Under the pieces are notes generated by a model. The model made no database searches. It was not told the origin of the DNA and saw nothing but the letters and a program-made list of their open reading frames with translations. 64,000 nucleotides of DNA from Sulfolobales archaeon (lineage in GTDB: Archaea; Thermoproteota; Thermoprotei_A; Sulfolobales; AG1), in contig JAWBYA010000002.1 in assembly GCA_038867615.1 (NCBI GenBank), positions 96,001 to 160,000 on the forward strand, written 5' to 3'. Below, piece by piece: positions 42,122-52,500 of this stretch (the first letter of the stretch is position 1; the number at the start of each line of letters is the position of its first letter). Made by a program: the position numbers and the translations under genes.

Positions 42122-42802
42122 ATGGTATCTAGGGCTGGTGTCTATTACTTCGAGGTTGAGCACCATGGGTGCTGGACAACCATTACTAGGGATCAGGATG
42201 TGGTTATAAAGACACTTAGACAGGAGTTCAGAGATCCTGAGATCTTTAAGGCTAGCGTCATGATCATTGGCAAGGATACCAGGTCATTTATAACAAGGAT
42301 ACGAAGGCTGAGAGAGATCCTCAAGATCGATATTAACCTCTTCCAAGAGAAGAGATGGGTTAACGGTGAGAGGACAAGACTAGCCCTCATGGATTTTGAG
42401 AGTCGTAGGCATGGATCCGTGTCTGATCTTGTATACAGGCTTGGAGGTATAATCCTGAGACAGGAGGTTGTGGGTGGACTTGAGAAGTGGAAGATCCTGA
42501 TCCCCAGATCCTCTAACAGGCTTGAAGAAACACTCAGAGAGTCACTAAATAGAGGATGCAGTTTGGTAGAGATGCGGGGAGGAGATCTAGAGCCGTCTAT
42601 GATAGATGGTAGCATCGATGCAATGCTAACCATCTATGAAAAACAGGCTTTGATAGCAGCGCTTAAGAGCGGCTTCATAGACTATCCTAGAAGGGCTAAG
42701 GCTGCGGATGTTGCAAAGATGCTAGGAGTAAGCCCGGCTACATTTATATATCATTTTAGAAGGGCTGAGAAGAAACTGGCTAGGCTGGTGCTTCTAGAGT
42801 AG
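42122..42802 (+). CDS. HTH-10 / bacterio-opsin-activator-like transcriptional regulator
   Basis: N-terminal HHGCWT; C-terminal LT..E..AL..A...GFIDYPRR...HFRRAEKKL. Confidence 0.9.
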   Translation: MVSRAGVYYFEVEHHGCWTTITRDQDVVIKTLRQEFRDPEIFKASVMIIGKDTRSFITRIRRLREILKIDINLFQEKRWVNGERTRLALMDFESRRHGSVSDLVYRLGGIILRQEVVGGLEKWKILIPRSSNRLEETLRESLNRGCSLVEMRGGDLEPSMIDGSIDAMLTIYEKQALIAALKSGFIDYPRRAKAADVAKMLGVSPATFIYHFRRAEKKLARLVLLE

Positions 42803-42815
42803 CTATTTAAGATTG

Positions 42816-43415
42816 CTAGCTACGCCCAGGATCCTTTCTAGCTATACCTCTAAGAACCTCAACAGCCCTTCTCCTGAACTCCTGGATATCGATACCATCG
42901 TTAACTATCATTATATCAGCCATTGCTATAACGCCTCCAAGCCCTAGCGAGAGTTCTAGGGAATCCCTTGCAGCAAACTCCTCCCAGCTCTTCGGATCCC
43001 CCTCCCTCCCCCTACTAGAAAGCCTCGCAAACCTGGTTTTAGGGCTAGCATGTATACCAACAATGATCACTTCCGAGAAGCTCTTTCTAAAAACCTCGAT
43101 CTCTCTCAAAGATCTCGAACCATCTATAACAACATAGCGACACCCCTCCGGACCTCCACGGCTCGAGAACACCTCACCAACCGTCATCTTGGCAACGAAA
43201 TCATCACCATATATCTTCCTAAGCTCTACAGCAACCATAGCCATGTTACTCCTGGTTATGGGAAGACCCCTCCTAACAAGCTCTCTCCTCACCACATCGC
43301 CCATAACATATACCTCGAAACCCATCTCCCTAGCGGTCTCTGAGAATATGCTCTTACCAGAGCCCGGCATGCCTGTAACCACGATGGCTATGACGCACTC
43401 GGTTTTCGTATCCAA
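42816..43415 (-). CDS. Archaeal P-loop nucleotide kinase (UPF0200/CoaE-like)
   Basis: TGMPGSGKS, MGDVVR, IDGSRS, RGREGDP, AMADIMIVN. Confidence 0.88.
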   Translation of the reverse strand: MDTKTECVIAIVVTGMPGSGKSIFSETAREMGFEVYVMGDVVRRELVRRGLPITRSNMAMVAVELRKIYGDDFVAKMTVGEVFSSRGGPEGCRYVVIDGSRSLREIEVFRKSFSEVIIVGIHASPKTRFARLSSRGREGDPKSWEEFAARDSLELSLGLGGVIAMADIMIVNDGIDIQEFRRRAVEVLRGIARKDPGRS

Positions 43416-43495
43416 CGAGATACCCCAGCCCTCTATAAAGTTAGAAAGTTATAAGATAATCGAATCCCTTGTTCGAAAACCATAAATCTATATGA

Positions 43496-43555
43496 TGGCG
43501 CCGCGGCCGGGATTTGAACCCGGGTCACGGGCTATCCGCAGCGCCCACAGGCCCC
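43496..43555 (-). tRNA. 3' half of tRNA-Asp(GUC) (positions 38-76 at 43533-43496) with 22-nt leader; split-tRNA gene
   Basis: Minus strand reads GGGGCCTGTGGGCGCTGCGGAT|AGCCCGTGACCCGGGTTCAAATCCCGGCCGCGGCGCCA: T-arm, acceptor 3' strand, G73 and CCA, with no D-arm or anticodon nearby. Confidence 0.85.
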
Positions 43556-43578
43556 AGATAGATATATGTGAAGAAATG

Positions 43579-43586
43579 CTTATAAA
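43579..43586 (-). promoter_or_regulatory. TATA box for the tRNA-half transcript
   Basis: TTTATAAG lies 24-31 nt upstream of the first leader G (43555). Confidence 0.7.
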
Positions 43587-43617
43587 TTAGAGCGTGGGTC
43601 GGGGTTAAAAAGCTCTT

Positions 43618-43947
43618 TTACACCTCTCCCTCCACTTCTTCGATCATTATTATGTTCTCCTCAGGTACTCCAAGCTCCTTGATCAATATGTTCTTTACCC
43701 TAAGCCTGTGGTCTCCCTGGAGCTCTATCCTTCCGTTCTTAGCAGTCCCTCCGGTGGCTAGTTTTGATTTAAGCATGGATGCTATTTTCCTTAGATCCTG
43801 TGTCTCGTCAAGCCCCTCTATTATTGTTACTTCTTTCCCAAACTTTCTTTTCTCTAAACGTATTTTTACAATCTGTTGTTCAACCATTAGCTGTCTACAT
43901 ATCTCTGGGGGGAGGCCTCCACATATATTCTCGAGAGAGCTTTTCAT
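43618..43947 (-). CDS. Translation initiation factor aIF-1 (SUI1)
   Basis: [32 protein letters not shown]. Confidence 0.95.
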   Translation of the reverse strand: MKSSLENICGGLPPEICRQLMVEQQIVKIRLEKRKFGKEVTIIEGLDETQDLRKIASMLKSKLATGGTAKNGRIELQGDHRLRVKNILIKELGVPEENIIMIEEVEGEV

Positions 43948-44050
43948 GTTCTCCTCGATACACCCACTAAATGAAGGCTTAGTAAGCTAATATATTTGAA
44001 AAATTTGAGCGCCATGATCTGGGCCGGGTTTGTTAAAAGATCCCGATCTA

Positions 44051-45538
44051 TTACTGCTTCGGGTCTGGCATCTGATCCAGGATCTCCTTAACTATTTTCT
44101 TCAACTCATCATGCTTGGATCTATATACCTCTGTGTATGTCTGAGCCCATCTTATAGTTGGATCCCCTCTGCTGAACCGATCGTATTGCTCATACCTCAT
44201 ACCAACCTCAGAGCCTATGACATCCCATAGTAGGTTGAAGAGCTTCACCCTCTCTAGAGCGTTAATCCCCTTCATTGCTAGGTATTTCTCTATATATGCC
44301 CTCTCCTCGGGGTTCTCGAAATCCTTTATAGATGCCGGTATTGGTATAGATGCGCCGGCTGAGATAAGCCTCAGGATCTCGTTGGCCCTTGGAAGGGCTT
44401 TCATGTTAAAGTGGCTAGCAGCTATTGCTATCTGGGCGTTTGGTCTAACTATGTTGGGGAGCTCTTCCGCAAGCTCTATAGAGCCGTATATCGCTGCCTC
44501 GTTGAGGGCTAGGTAGATCAGGATCTCGCCCAGCTTCTCCTGGACATTTATAAAACTATCTATACCTGCAGCCTGTGCAACAGATATAGCTAGGCCTGCG
44601 AGGAACTTCAGCCTGCAGTAATGCTGTATCACGAAGTGCCAGTTAAACCACGATCTCAGCCTCACCTCATGCCACATGAAGTTCTCGATCTCCTCGGGCT
44701 TTTTATAGAATATTATATTCTCCCACGGTACCAGGATATCATCGAATATTAACAGTCCATCACTCTCCTCATATTTTGATGATATTGGGTATTCGAACCC
44801 GGAGTAACCGCTCCTCGGCTCAAACCCTCTTCTTGCAAGCACTTTAATACCCTTGGTGTTTGTTGGTATTGCGAAGAAGACCGCATACCTGGGATCGGTA
44901 TCCCTTCTTACGTTAGGTAGATACCATAGCCACTCAGCATATGCTGCTGATGTAGAGATCATTGCGGCGCCTCTTACTATAACACCCTCGCTTGTCTCCT
45001 TAACAACCCCTGCCCATATATATGGATCTGGCCATTGTGATGGTGGTTTTGATCTATCATACATGGGGGCTACTATGGCGTGTGTAAAGAAGAGATCTTT
45101 CTTAGCGTGCTGCTTATAGATCTCGATAGCGTTCTCGCCATATCTAGATCCGAAGTGCTTAGCGAAGTAATCGCTATGTGCTGCGAATACAGCGCTCCAT
45201 AGGTTGAGGTAGTCCGGGCTTCTGCCGAAGAATCCTCTATAGTGGTCATATATCGTCATAAGCCCTTCTGCGAGTTTTCTGAGATCGTTCTTAGACTTGG
45301 GGATCATGAAGCTTATACTCGCCTCCTCACCAAGCATGGGGCTATAGTGCCTCAGTTTATCGGACTTACCTGGATCCCAGTGGAGGTCGTAGTACTCGGC
45401 TGTTGTTTTCACAGGTATTCTAAAGGCTGGGTGATCCGCTATATCTTCTACTATTTTTCCATCGTAATATACTACTGGATGGTTACCCTCTCTAATGGAT
45501 CTTATGTAGTCCTCTCCTCTCCTGATCATGATCACCAC
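44051..45538 (-). CDS. hpaB: 4-hydroxyphenylacetate 3-monooxygenase, oxygenase component
   Basis: [19 protein letters not shown]...[20 protein letters not shown]. Confidence 0.9.
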   Translation of the reverse strand: MVIMIRRGEDYIRSIREGNHPVVYYDGKIVEDIADHPAFRIPVKTTAEYYDLHWDPGKSDKLRHYSPMLGEEASISFMIPKSKNDLRKLAEGLMTIYDHYRGFFGRSPDYLNLWSAVFAAHSDYFAKHFGSRYGENAIEIYKQHAKKDLFFTHAIVAPMYDRSKPPSQWPDPYIWAGVVKETSEGVIVRGAAMISTSAAYAEWLWYLPNVRRDTDPRYAVFFAIPTNTKGIKVLARRGFEPRSGYSGFEYPISSKYEESDGLLIFDDILVPWENIIFYKKPEEIENFMWHEVRLRSWFNWHFVIQHYCRLKFLAGLAISVAQAAGIDSFINVQEKLGEILIYLALNEAAIYGSIELAEELPNIVRPNAQIAIAASHFNMKALPRANEILRLISAGASIPIPASIKDFENPEERAYIEKYLAMKGINALERVKLFNLLWDVIGSEVGMRYEQYDRFSRGDPTIRWAQTYTEVYRSKHDELKKIVKEILDQMPDPKQ

Positions 45539-46542
45539 CTTATAGTGGGCATCATGCTTGTATAGCCCTCGAGGGGTTTCATACCACCCCTAACGATCGA
45601 TTCCACGGGTTTTATCTCCCTCCACCTATCGGGTATCGGTCTGCCCCAGAAGTCAGATCTATATCTAGCCTGATTGAACCTCCACTCTATAGGCTTCCAC
45701 TTATCTGGATCTAGTATCACGTAATCCCCTGTGTAGAGCTCTATCCTAATACCATCTGGATCCCTTATATAGAAGTAGAAGGCCCTAGTAGCACCATGCC
45801 TCCCAGGCCCTCTCTCTATAGAGTCCCACATACCCATGCTAGCAAGTATATCTGCGATCCTCACCATATCCCTCATCTCTGGGACAATATATGCGACATG
45901 GTGGAAACCAGGCCCCGGATCCTTCCCAATGGTTTTTCCCAACGCAACATCGTGGGAGTCATGTTTATAGTAGGAGGTAACCCATGCAGCATGTTTAGAA
46001 CCATCATCGCCTAAGAAGTACTCAGTCAATATGAAACCGAGTTCTTTTATATAGTATCTCAGGGCTTCATCAAGATTCCTGACTGGGAGCGAGATATTGA
46101 CATGGGCTAGCCTTACTGGGGGTGCTCCTCTATACTGGCTATACTTTAACCCAAGATCCCCTGTGTACTCCATATCATAGTAAAACACCAGCGGAAAACC
46201 ATATGGATCTTCAACAGCTATGGCATCGGAAACACCCTTCTCGGAGAACCTAGATACAGGCAGCCCCATAGATCTATAATAGTCTCTAGCCCTATCAAGA
46301 TCCTCAGGGGAATTCACCCTAAACGCTATATATGATAACCCTGGCTCTGAGCCCTTCCTGAGTACAAGGCTGTGGTGCTGTCCCTCCTCAACACCCTTGA
46401 GATAAAGCTCATCCCCGCTCTTCTCAACCTCTACAAAGCCCAAGATATCTACGTAGAACAACCTAGCCCTATCAAGATCGGAAACCCTCAGGCCAACGTG
46501 GGAGATTCTATGGATACCAAATGCTGGCACTCTAACCACCAC
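45532..46542 (-). CDS. hpaD: 3,4-dihydroxyphenylacetate 2,3-dioxygenase (VOC extradiol type)
   Basis: [33 protein letters not shown]; GTG 46542 preferred as start. Confidence 0.9.
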   Translation of the reverse strand: MVVRVPAFGIHRISHVGLRVSDLDRARLFYVDILGFVEVEKSGDELYLKGVEEGQHHSLVLRKGSEPGLSYIAFRVNSPEDLDRARDYYRSMGLPVSRFSEKGVSDAIAVEDPYGFPLVFYYDMEYTGDLGLKYSQYRGAPPVRLAHVNISLPVRNLDEALRYYIKELGFILTEYFLGDDGSKHAAWVTSYYKHDSHDVALGKTIGKDPGPGFHHVAYIVPEMRDMVRIADILASMGMWDSIERGPGRHGATRAFYFYIRDPDGIRIELYTGDYVILDPDKWKPIEWRFNQARYRSDFWGRPIPDRWREIKPVESIVRGGMKPLEGYTSMMPTIRW

Positions 46543-46560
46543 GTAGTATTCCTTCAGGCT

Positions 46561-46594
46561 ATTTAATATACATGTAATCAAATTAATTAGATTA
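46561..46594 (-). promoter_or_regulatory. hpaD promoter: 18/20 palindrome directly upstream of a TATA box
   Basis: Minus strand TAATCTAATTAATTTGATTA-CATG-TATATTAAAT, ~20-28 nt before GTG 46542. Confidence 0.6.
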
Positions 46595-46726
46595 ACGCAA
46601 CCACCAATATGTTAAAATATAATCTATATAAACAGTATATAGTTGATCGCTAGCTGTTATCTAAGTTTCCCTTAGATCCGAGCTTCATAGCGATTGATAT
46701 TTTGTACCTATTATTTTTTCACTATA

Positions 46727-46830
46727 GATCCAGGACGTGGAGTTTCCCCACAACAGAAAGGAGCTAGAGTTGGGTCACCCCTAATGGGTGGACCAAGGAT
46801 AGAAGCCATGAACCGTTGGCTACGGCCTTG
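46727..46830 (+). mobile_element. Truncated family A tnpB right-end remnant (copy 4)
   Basis: GATCCAGGACGTGGAGTTTCCCCACA...GGGTCACCCCTAATGGGTGG...GGATAG aligns with 52524-52626. Confidence 0.65.
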
Positions 46831-46867
46831 GAATAGAATAAGATCTTCTTCCAAAAACCGGTTCTAC

Positions 46868-49486
46868 TCATAGCTCGCATGTCGTGCACGAGGGATCTGT
46901 ATAACCCTCTACAGTGAATCTAGGTATCCTCAAACGCTCCTTCATCTGTGAAGACTGTTGCTGTTGGGCTTGCTGTGCTTGCTGCGCCTGGATATTCTCC
47001 TCCTTCTTAGCACTCTTCTGCATCTCCACAGTCTTTAGCCCGAAGTATATTACCTGCTTGCTCTTGGACTTATCTCTATAGACCGTTATACCCTTGATCC
47101 CTAGCCTCCACGCAATCTTATATACATGATCCACATCCTCTTCAGAGGCTTCTGAAGCCATGTTTATAGTTTTAGAGACCCCGGCATCTACCCACTGCTG
47201 CCATGCAGCCTGGTGGAGAACATGGTATACGGGGCTCACGTCATGGGCTGTTCTGAATAGCTCTCTAAGCGTTCTTGGCATGAAGGGGTTGTGATCTATA
47301 GATCCTGTCTCGGCTACAGCCTCAACAACCTCTGGGGAGTCTAGCTCATACCTCCTGAGATAGTCTAGGAACACTCTATCAAGCTCTATGAATGTGCCTA
47401 CAGCAACGGCTCTTACAAAGGCTAGTGCGAATATGGGCTCTATAGAGCTTGATGTACCAGCTATTATCGAGATCGTGCCTGTAGGCGCTATTGAGAGAAC
47501 CTGTGCGTTCCTCACACCATATTCGAGTATACCGCTCTCCAGAGATCTAGGATCAACGCTGAGCTTTGAGAGAATCTTTGAGATCTTCTCAGAGGGTTTA
47601 CCCTCGATCCCGGTCTCTCTCAATAGATCCTCTACTGGTTTGGAGAACTCCCAAGCAGCCCTATAGAGCTTCGGGTTGAATGCCGTGAAAGCACCTTTCT
47701 CCTTAGCAAGCTCTATCGATGCTCTTAGTGCGTGGTAGTAGATGAACCTGGCTAGATACCATGCTAGGTATAATGCATCAACACTATCATACCTAATCCC
47801 AAGTCTTATGAGTGCGTGGGCCCAGCCCATAACGCCTAGACCAACTTTTCTAGTAAGCTTGGCTCCTCTCTCAAGCTGTGGTAGGGGCCATTTAGCGGCA
47901 TCTATAACGTTGTCAAGGAACCTTATAGCTATCTCTATATCCCTTACAAGTAGATCGAGATCTATATCTGTGCTCCCATCCTCCCTAACCACTATATATT
48001 TAGCCAGATCGAGGGATCCCAGGTTACATGGCTCCCAGTCTAGGAGGGGCTCTTCGGCACACGGGTTTGTAGCGTTTATCTTCCCCACATACCATGCTGT
48101 GTGTCTCCTGTTAATGGTATCTATAAACACAAGCCCTGGGTCTCCTGAATCCCATGCTCCCCTCACTATTTTCCTCCACAGCTCCTTAGGATCGATCCAT
48201 CTGACTATAGCTCCCTCTCTCTCAGCTATTGCGAGAGCCTCCTCCCACGTGATCACCCTAGACTCGTCGAGAGGAACAGAGCCTCCCCTCTCCTCAAGCT
48301 CGTCTATTATAACCTCCTGAACCCACTCCTCCTCAATGCTGAACCTAGCCCTAGCTATAGCATAATACCTCGAATCGCCAGATCCTGGTCTCAGCTGCGT
48401 CTTTCTCGGGTTTATGAGGGGGAATTTCTCTCCCCTCTCAAGGGCTTTCATAAACGAATCATAGATCCCGACGCTTATGTTGAAGTTCTGGAGATGCACA
48501 TCCCTAAGCTCTCCAGTCTTGCTCACTATGAACCTCTCTATATCGGGATGCCATACATGCAGGATCCCCATGTTAGCCCCTCTCCTCTTACCGCCTTGCT
48601 TGATCACCTCTGTGTTAACGTCAAAGAGCCTCATGAAGCTCAGGGGACCCGAGGCTACGCCAGCTGTTGATGCAACAGTATCTCCCTCGGGTCTCAGCTC
48701 TGAGAATGAGAATCCTGTTCCACCGCCCATCTTGTGTATAATAGCCTGGGCTCTCACAGCATCCATTATACCCTCTCCATCAGGTGTTACTAGAGAATCC
48801 CTCACAGGTAATACGAAGCAGGCTGAGAGTATTCCAAGCTTTGTCCCGGCATTCATCAGTGTTGGTGTGTTGGGGATGAATCTGAGGCCTGACATTACCT
48901 CGTAGAATCTCTCCTCAAGCTCTCTAACCTCCTTCTCAGACTTGCCATACTGCCTCTCAACAGATGCTATAACCCTAGCAACCCTTCTAAAGAGCATCTG
49001 CGGCGATTCTATATACCTCAGCGTCTCGGGATCCTTGAGCAGATACCTAGCCTCAAGAACCTTTATAGCCTGGTATGTGAGGAGGAGATCCCTCTCGTTA
49101 AACGAGCCGTCCCACTTATCACCATATAGATCCTGATAGATCCTTGCAAGAGCATACCTCTTAGCAGCCTCAAAGAACCTCTGATCCCTCACACCAAGTA
49201 TCATGAACCTCTTCTCAACAAGATCGGCAAGATCTCTCGAGCTAATCTCACAGATTTGTTTATTCCCACACCTCTCCACAACATCCCCATATACACCCTC
49301 AATCACATGCTCTGCTTCCTCAGCATCTATACCAGCAGACCTCAGGGCAAGAATAACAGATCTAGCTAGCTTACTAACATCGAAACCCTCTTTATGAGAA
49401 TCCCTCTTAACAACAACTATCTCTAAACCAACCACCTGCCCACCAACCCTCTTCTCAGCAACCTTCATCTCCTCAGAGCTAGACAT
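46868..49486 (-). CDS. nrdJ: Adenosylcobalamin-dependent (class II) ribonucleotide reductase with N-terminal ATP cone
   Basis: VVKRD ATP cone, [38 protein letters not shown]-terminal CTTC. Confidence 0.95.
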   Translation of the reverse strand: MSSSEEMKVAEKRVGGQVVGLEIVVVKRDSHKEGFDVSKLARSVILALRSAGIDAEEAEHVIEGVYGDVVERCGNKQICEISSRDLADLVEKRFMILGVRDQRFFEAAKRYALARIYQDLYGDKWDGSFNERDLLLTYQAIKVLEARYLLKDPETLRYIESPQMLFRRVARVIASVERQYGKSEKEVRELEERFYEVMSGLRFIPNTPTLMNAGTKLGILSACFVLPVRDSLVTPDGEGIMDAVRAQAIIHKMGGGTGFSFSELRPEGDTVASTAGVASGPLSFMRLFDVNTEVIKQGGKRRGANMGILHVWHPDIERFIVSKTGELRDVHLQNFNISVGIYDSFMKALERGEKFPLINPRKTQLRPGSGDSRYYAIARARFSIEEEWVQEVIIDELEERGGSVPLDESRVITWEEALAIAEREGAIVRWIDPKELWRKIVRGAWDSGDPGLVFIDTINRRHTAWYVGKINATNPCAEEPLLDWEPCNLGSLDLAKYIVVREDGSTDIDLDLLVRDIEIAIRFLDNVIDAAKWPLPQLERGAKLTRKVGLGVMGWAHALIRLGIRYDSVDALYLAWYLARFIYYHALRASIELAKEKGAFTAFNPKLYRAAWEFSKPVEDLLRETGIEGKPSEKISKILSKLSVDPRSLESGILEYGVRNAQVLSIAPTGTISIIAGTSSSIEPIFALAFVRAVAVGTFIELDRVFLDYLRRYELDSPEVVEAVAETGSIDHNPFMPRTLRELFRTAHDVSPVYHVLHQAAWQQWVDAGVSKTINMASEASEEDVDHVYKIAWRLGIKGITVYRDKSKSKQVIYFGLKTVEMQKSAKKEENIQAQQAQQAQQQQSSQMKERLRIPRFTVEGYTDPSCTTCEL

Positions 49487-49722
49487 AGATCACCACCTAT
49501 TATGTGACCATATCCTATTGGTGTTTGATTACGTATATATAGATGGCTCATAGAACTCATATGAGTCTCACTATCCCTAGTAATATCCTGAATAGAAATG
49601 GGATAAATATATATAGTAAAACTATACAGAGAGACCAGGGCGAAACTATCGCTCCATATATCCCGGAGATATCGATATGACATGGTTATATAATTAACAA
49701 TCGACTCATCTCTGGGAAGGAG

Positions 49723-50526
49723 ATGCCGCGGAAAAGAGAAACTAAGGAGAAGGTGCAAGAGAAGGCCGAGACAGAGGCTAAGAGGAAAACGCCTAGAAGG
49801 GTTTCTAAGAAGCATGTTGATGTTGAGGAATGGGTTAGTGAGAGGATCGATGATCTCTCCTCAAGACTAGGCCTCGATATCCTTGGATTATCTAGGGAGG
49901 AGCTTGTAACAATACTAAGCAAGATCGTTGAGATCGTTTTGGGAGAGTCAAGACCAGATGTTGAGACAATAGTTAAGAGGATCAAGAGGAACGAGGATAA
50001 AATAAGACCCCTAATAGCGCTCGGCATACTAGAACTTAGGGAAAACCTAAACGAGGATCAGATAGACTATGTTTTATCAGCCCTGGGTCCATGGATACTA
50101 TCCCACGCTGGAAAACTATATAGAGAGGCTAAAAGACTGGGAAAGAGCGACTATCTACAAGCGGCAAGGCTTGAGTGGAACAAGCAGTGGATGATCCAGA
50201 GGGATAGGATCCTCCCACCAGAATGCCCCATCTGCGGGTTCAACGCCCTCATGGGTGATCTCACATGCTTAGTATGTGGCTCAACACCCAGCACTAAGCT
50301 CATTATAGAACACTATAGGGTTAGCGAATACGTGGAGAGCCTTGCAAAGAAAGGGATGCTTGAGGATCTAAAGAGGATCCTGGATTCAGGATATATAATC
50401 ATATCATCAACAGGAATAAAGATCCCGGGCAAAGACCCCAGGGAAAAATACGACGTAGAGCTCCATCTCACAAGCAGCTTAAGAGAAGAGATCAAAAAAG
50501 CCCTACAGAGTACTCAGAGTCTATAG
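49723..50526 (+). CDS. Hypothetical protein with central zinc ribbon
   Basis: CPICG...CLVCG; divergent from nrdJ. Confidence 0.75.
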   Translation: MPRKRETKEKVQEKAETEAKRKTPRRVSKKHVDVEEWVSERIDDLSSRLGLDILGLSREELVTILSKIVEIVLGESRPDVETIVKRIKRNEDKIRPLIALGILELRENLNEDQIDYVLSALGPWILSHAGKLYREAKRLGKSDYLQAARLEWNKQWMIQRDRILPPECPICGFNALMGDLTCLVCGSTPSTKLIIEHYRVSEYVESLAKKGMLEDLKRILDSGYIIISSTGIKIPGKDPREKYDVELHLTSSLREEIKKALQSTQSL

Positions 50527-50807
50527 ACATACATAGAAGTCTTTGAAGCAATAGCAAAGCATTTCGGAAACCAACCAAAAGTCTATACACCCAAGCCCGA
50601 GTCCTCCACACACGAAAAACGCCAACCTAAGCTTGCTGAGCATACCAGAACCAAGCTATCCAGAGCTGATCCTCAAATATAAAGTATAAAATATATAGCT
50701 AGCTTTTTGGAAGCTGCTTGGCAATATTCGAGCCTGCTTATAAGGAAAAAGATCTTGTGACCGAATCTCGCTAATATATATACTTCTCTCGCAATAAGAT
50801 CAGGTGG

Positions 50808-51659
50808 TTGTTTTTAAGGATAATGATAGGTACTGATAACGGTATATACGAACTCTCTGGGAAAAGACTTGATAAGATCTGTTGTGATGGCATGTCTATA
50901 TATGATCTTAAATCCTACGAAGACAAGCTGTATATCTGCTCAAGCAATAAGGGGCTCGCAAGGCTGGGTAGTGAGGGTTATAGTGATATACTGAAAGGTT
51001 CTTGTTGGAGGCTTATCACTACAGATAAGGGGCTTGTAGCGTCTCTCGATGGTCCTAGACTCTACCTAGTCACTGGAGATCGTGCTGAGCTTCTAGCAGA
51101 CTATAGAGGTTATGCCAAGAAGCATGGATGGTGGTTTCCACACGGACCTTCCCACATAACGGACTTCGCAGTCTATAAAAGGGTCTTCGTAGCCTCTGTG
51201 GAAGTTGGTAATCTGTTGAGAGGCCCGGACCTCGCATCCCTCGAGCCATTATCCTTCAGCCATGACCAGCATAACCTACTAGCACTAGAAGAACTGCTTA
51301 TCATTGCAACAGCGTCAGGAGTCTATTACACCGAGGATCTTGAGGTGTTCAACGAGGCAAAAGGCTCGCACGGATATTTCCACGCACTCGAAGAGTGCGG
51401 AGACCTCGTGCTAGGACACGTGATCAGCTCCAAACCCGTCAAGATATCCCGTGATCGTGGGAGAAGCTGGGAAAAGGTCGATATAGAGCTCCCAAGCCCA
51501 ACTACCGGTACTACAGGGATAGCATGCATTGGTGAGGGAAAAGCTATCTATGCTTCTACGGGAGTATACCTGGTAGATCTGGAAAACGGGGAGGCTGAGA
51601 ATCTCGTTGAGAAGATCCCCATGACCAGAAGGGTAACGATCCTGGACAAAGATCTCTAA
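50808..51659 (+). CDS. Beta-propeller (BNR/Asp-box-like) hypothetical protein
   Basis: IGTDNGIY, ATASGVY, SRDRGRSW Asp-box. Confidence 0.7.
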   Translation: MFLRIMIGTDNGIYELSGKRLDKICCDGMSIYDLKSYEDKLYICSSNKGLARLGSEGYSDILKGSCWRLITTDKGLVASLDGPRLYLVTGDRAELLADYRGYAKKHGWWFPHGPSHITDFAVYKRVFVASVEVGNLLRGPDLASLEPLSFSHDQHNLLALEELLIIATASGVYYTEDLEVFNEAKGSHGYFHALEECGDLVLGHVISSKPVKISRDRGRSWEKVDIELPSPTTGTTGIACIGEGKAIYASTGVYLVDLENGEAENLVEKIPMTRRVTILDKDL

Positions 51660-52191
51660 ACATGTATAATAGATTCGTATAGCTCTGGGATTAACCAGCA
51701 AGATCTCTAAGCCATCAAAATCCAGATCTTTTTCACAACGCTTTGAAAACCATTTTGAAAAACCATACAGAATAGTGATAGTTGATATTAATAACCATCC
51801 ATCCCGTCTCAGCGTTAAACACACTACAGATAGTTTTTACTACTAACAGTGAAGACACCGTATATCGGGAGCCTTAGATCAGCTGTAGCAAGCCTGCTGC
51901 CCAGCCTATATTAATACACACCTAACCACACAATAAGACCCTAGCTCATAACCATGAGCAAATAAGCGAATAAGAGACACAGGGATAGTTGCTTAGGAAC
52001 CGCTATTTAACCCCTATATGGTGAGAGATCCTCCACAAACACTCTTCTCGAATGCTTCGGTACGCATAGACACGCCTCTCTACTCTAAAATAACCAGCTA
52101 TAGTATGCCATAGGCATAAATCATAGAATAGATATATGTGAGAACATTGGGTAATAGTAAGAATAAAACCTCTGACACAATAATAGATTGA

Positions 52192-52278
52192 GCCGGGGTG
52201 CCCGAGCGGCCTAAGGGGCCGGCCTGGAGAGCCGGTGGGGGAAACCCCGCGCGGGTTCGAATCCCGCCCCCGGCGCCA
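52192..52278 (+). tRNA. tRNA-Ser(GGA), intronless, CCA encoded
   Basis: GCCGGGG acceptor, anticodon arm CCGGC-CTGGAGA-GCCGG, long variable arm, GGTTCGAATCC, ...CCCCGGCGCCA. Confidence 0.97.
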
Positions 52279-52500
52279 GCTTCATAGATCCTGGCTATAA
52301 ACAGCTGGTTTGCTGTCTAGTTATGTGGTTATTATTCTCTCCGATAGAATATTATGGGAGCCATAGCCAGCTATTTCGGGTTTCATGATGATTTATAAAG
52401 ACTGATATTAAACCCGTAGTTCTGCAGTAATGGAACACTATATAAGCTCTTATATTTTACTGGGATGCCCGCCCAGCAATGAGGGTAAAAATAAAGACCC

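Noticed and set aside
42816-43415. Calling this gene dephospho-CoA kinase
   Set aside because: The archaeal DPCK is the DUF359 protein (56466-57038); this P-loop family has no confirmed substrate.
43416-43495. Permuted tRNA (5' half downstream of the 3' half)
   Set aside because: The sequence after the CCA on the minus strand is AT-rich, with no GCCGCGG acceptor strand, D-arm or anticodon.
43496-43533. tRNA fragment as att site of an integrated virus or plasmid
   Set aside because: No integrase or foreign genes nearby, and the flanks are housekeeping. The break is exactly at 37/38 with a BHB-compatible leader and TATA box. Not fully excluded without the rest of the genome.
46868-49486. Intein in the RNR
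   Set aside because: The NPC-x-E and other usual insertion sites are contiguous, and the length is normal.
52385-52405. ATGATGA-N10-CTGA mini C/D motif
   Set aside because: Only one box pair, with an AT-rich guide; too short for a canonical sRNA.
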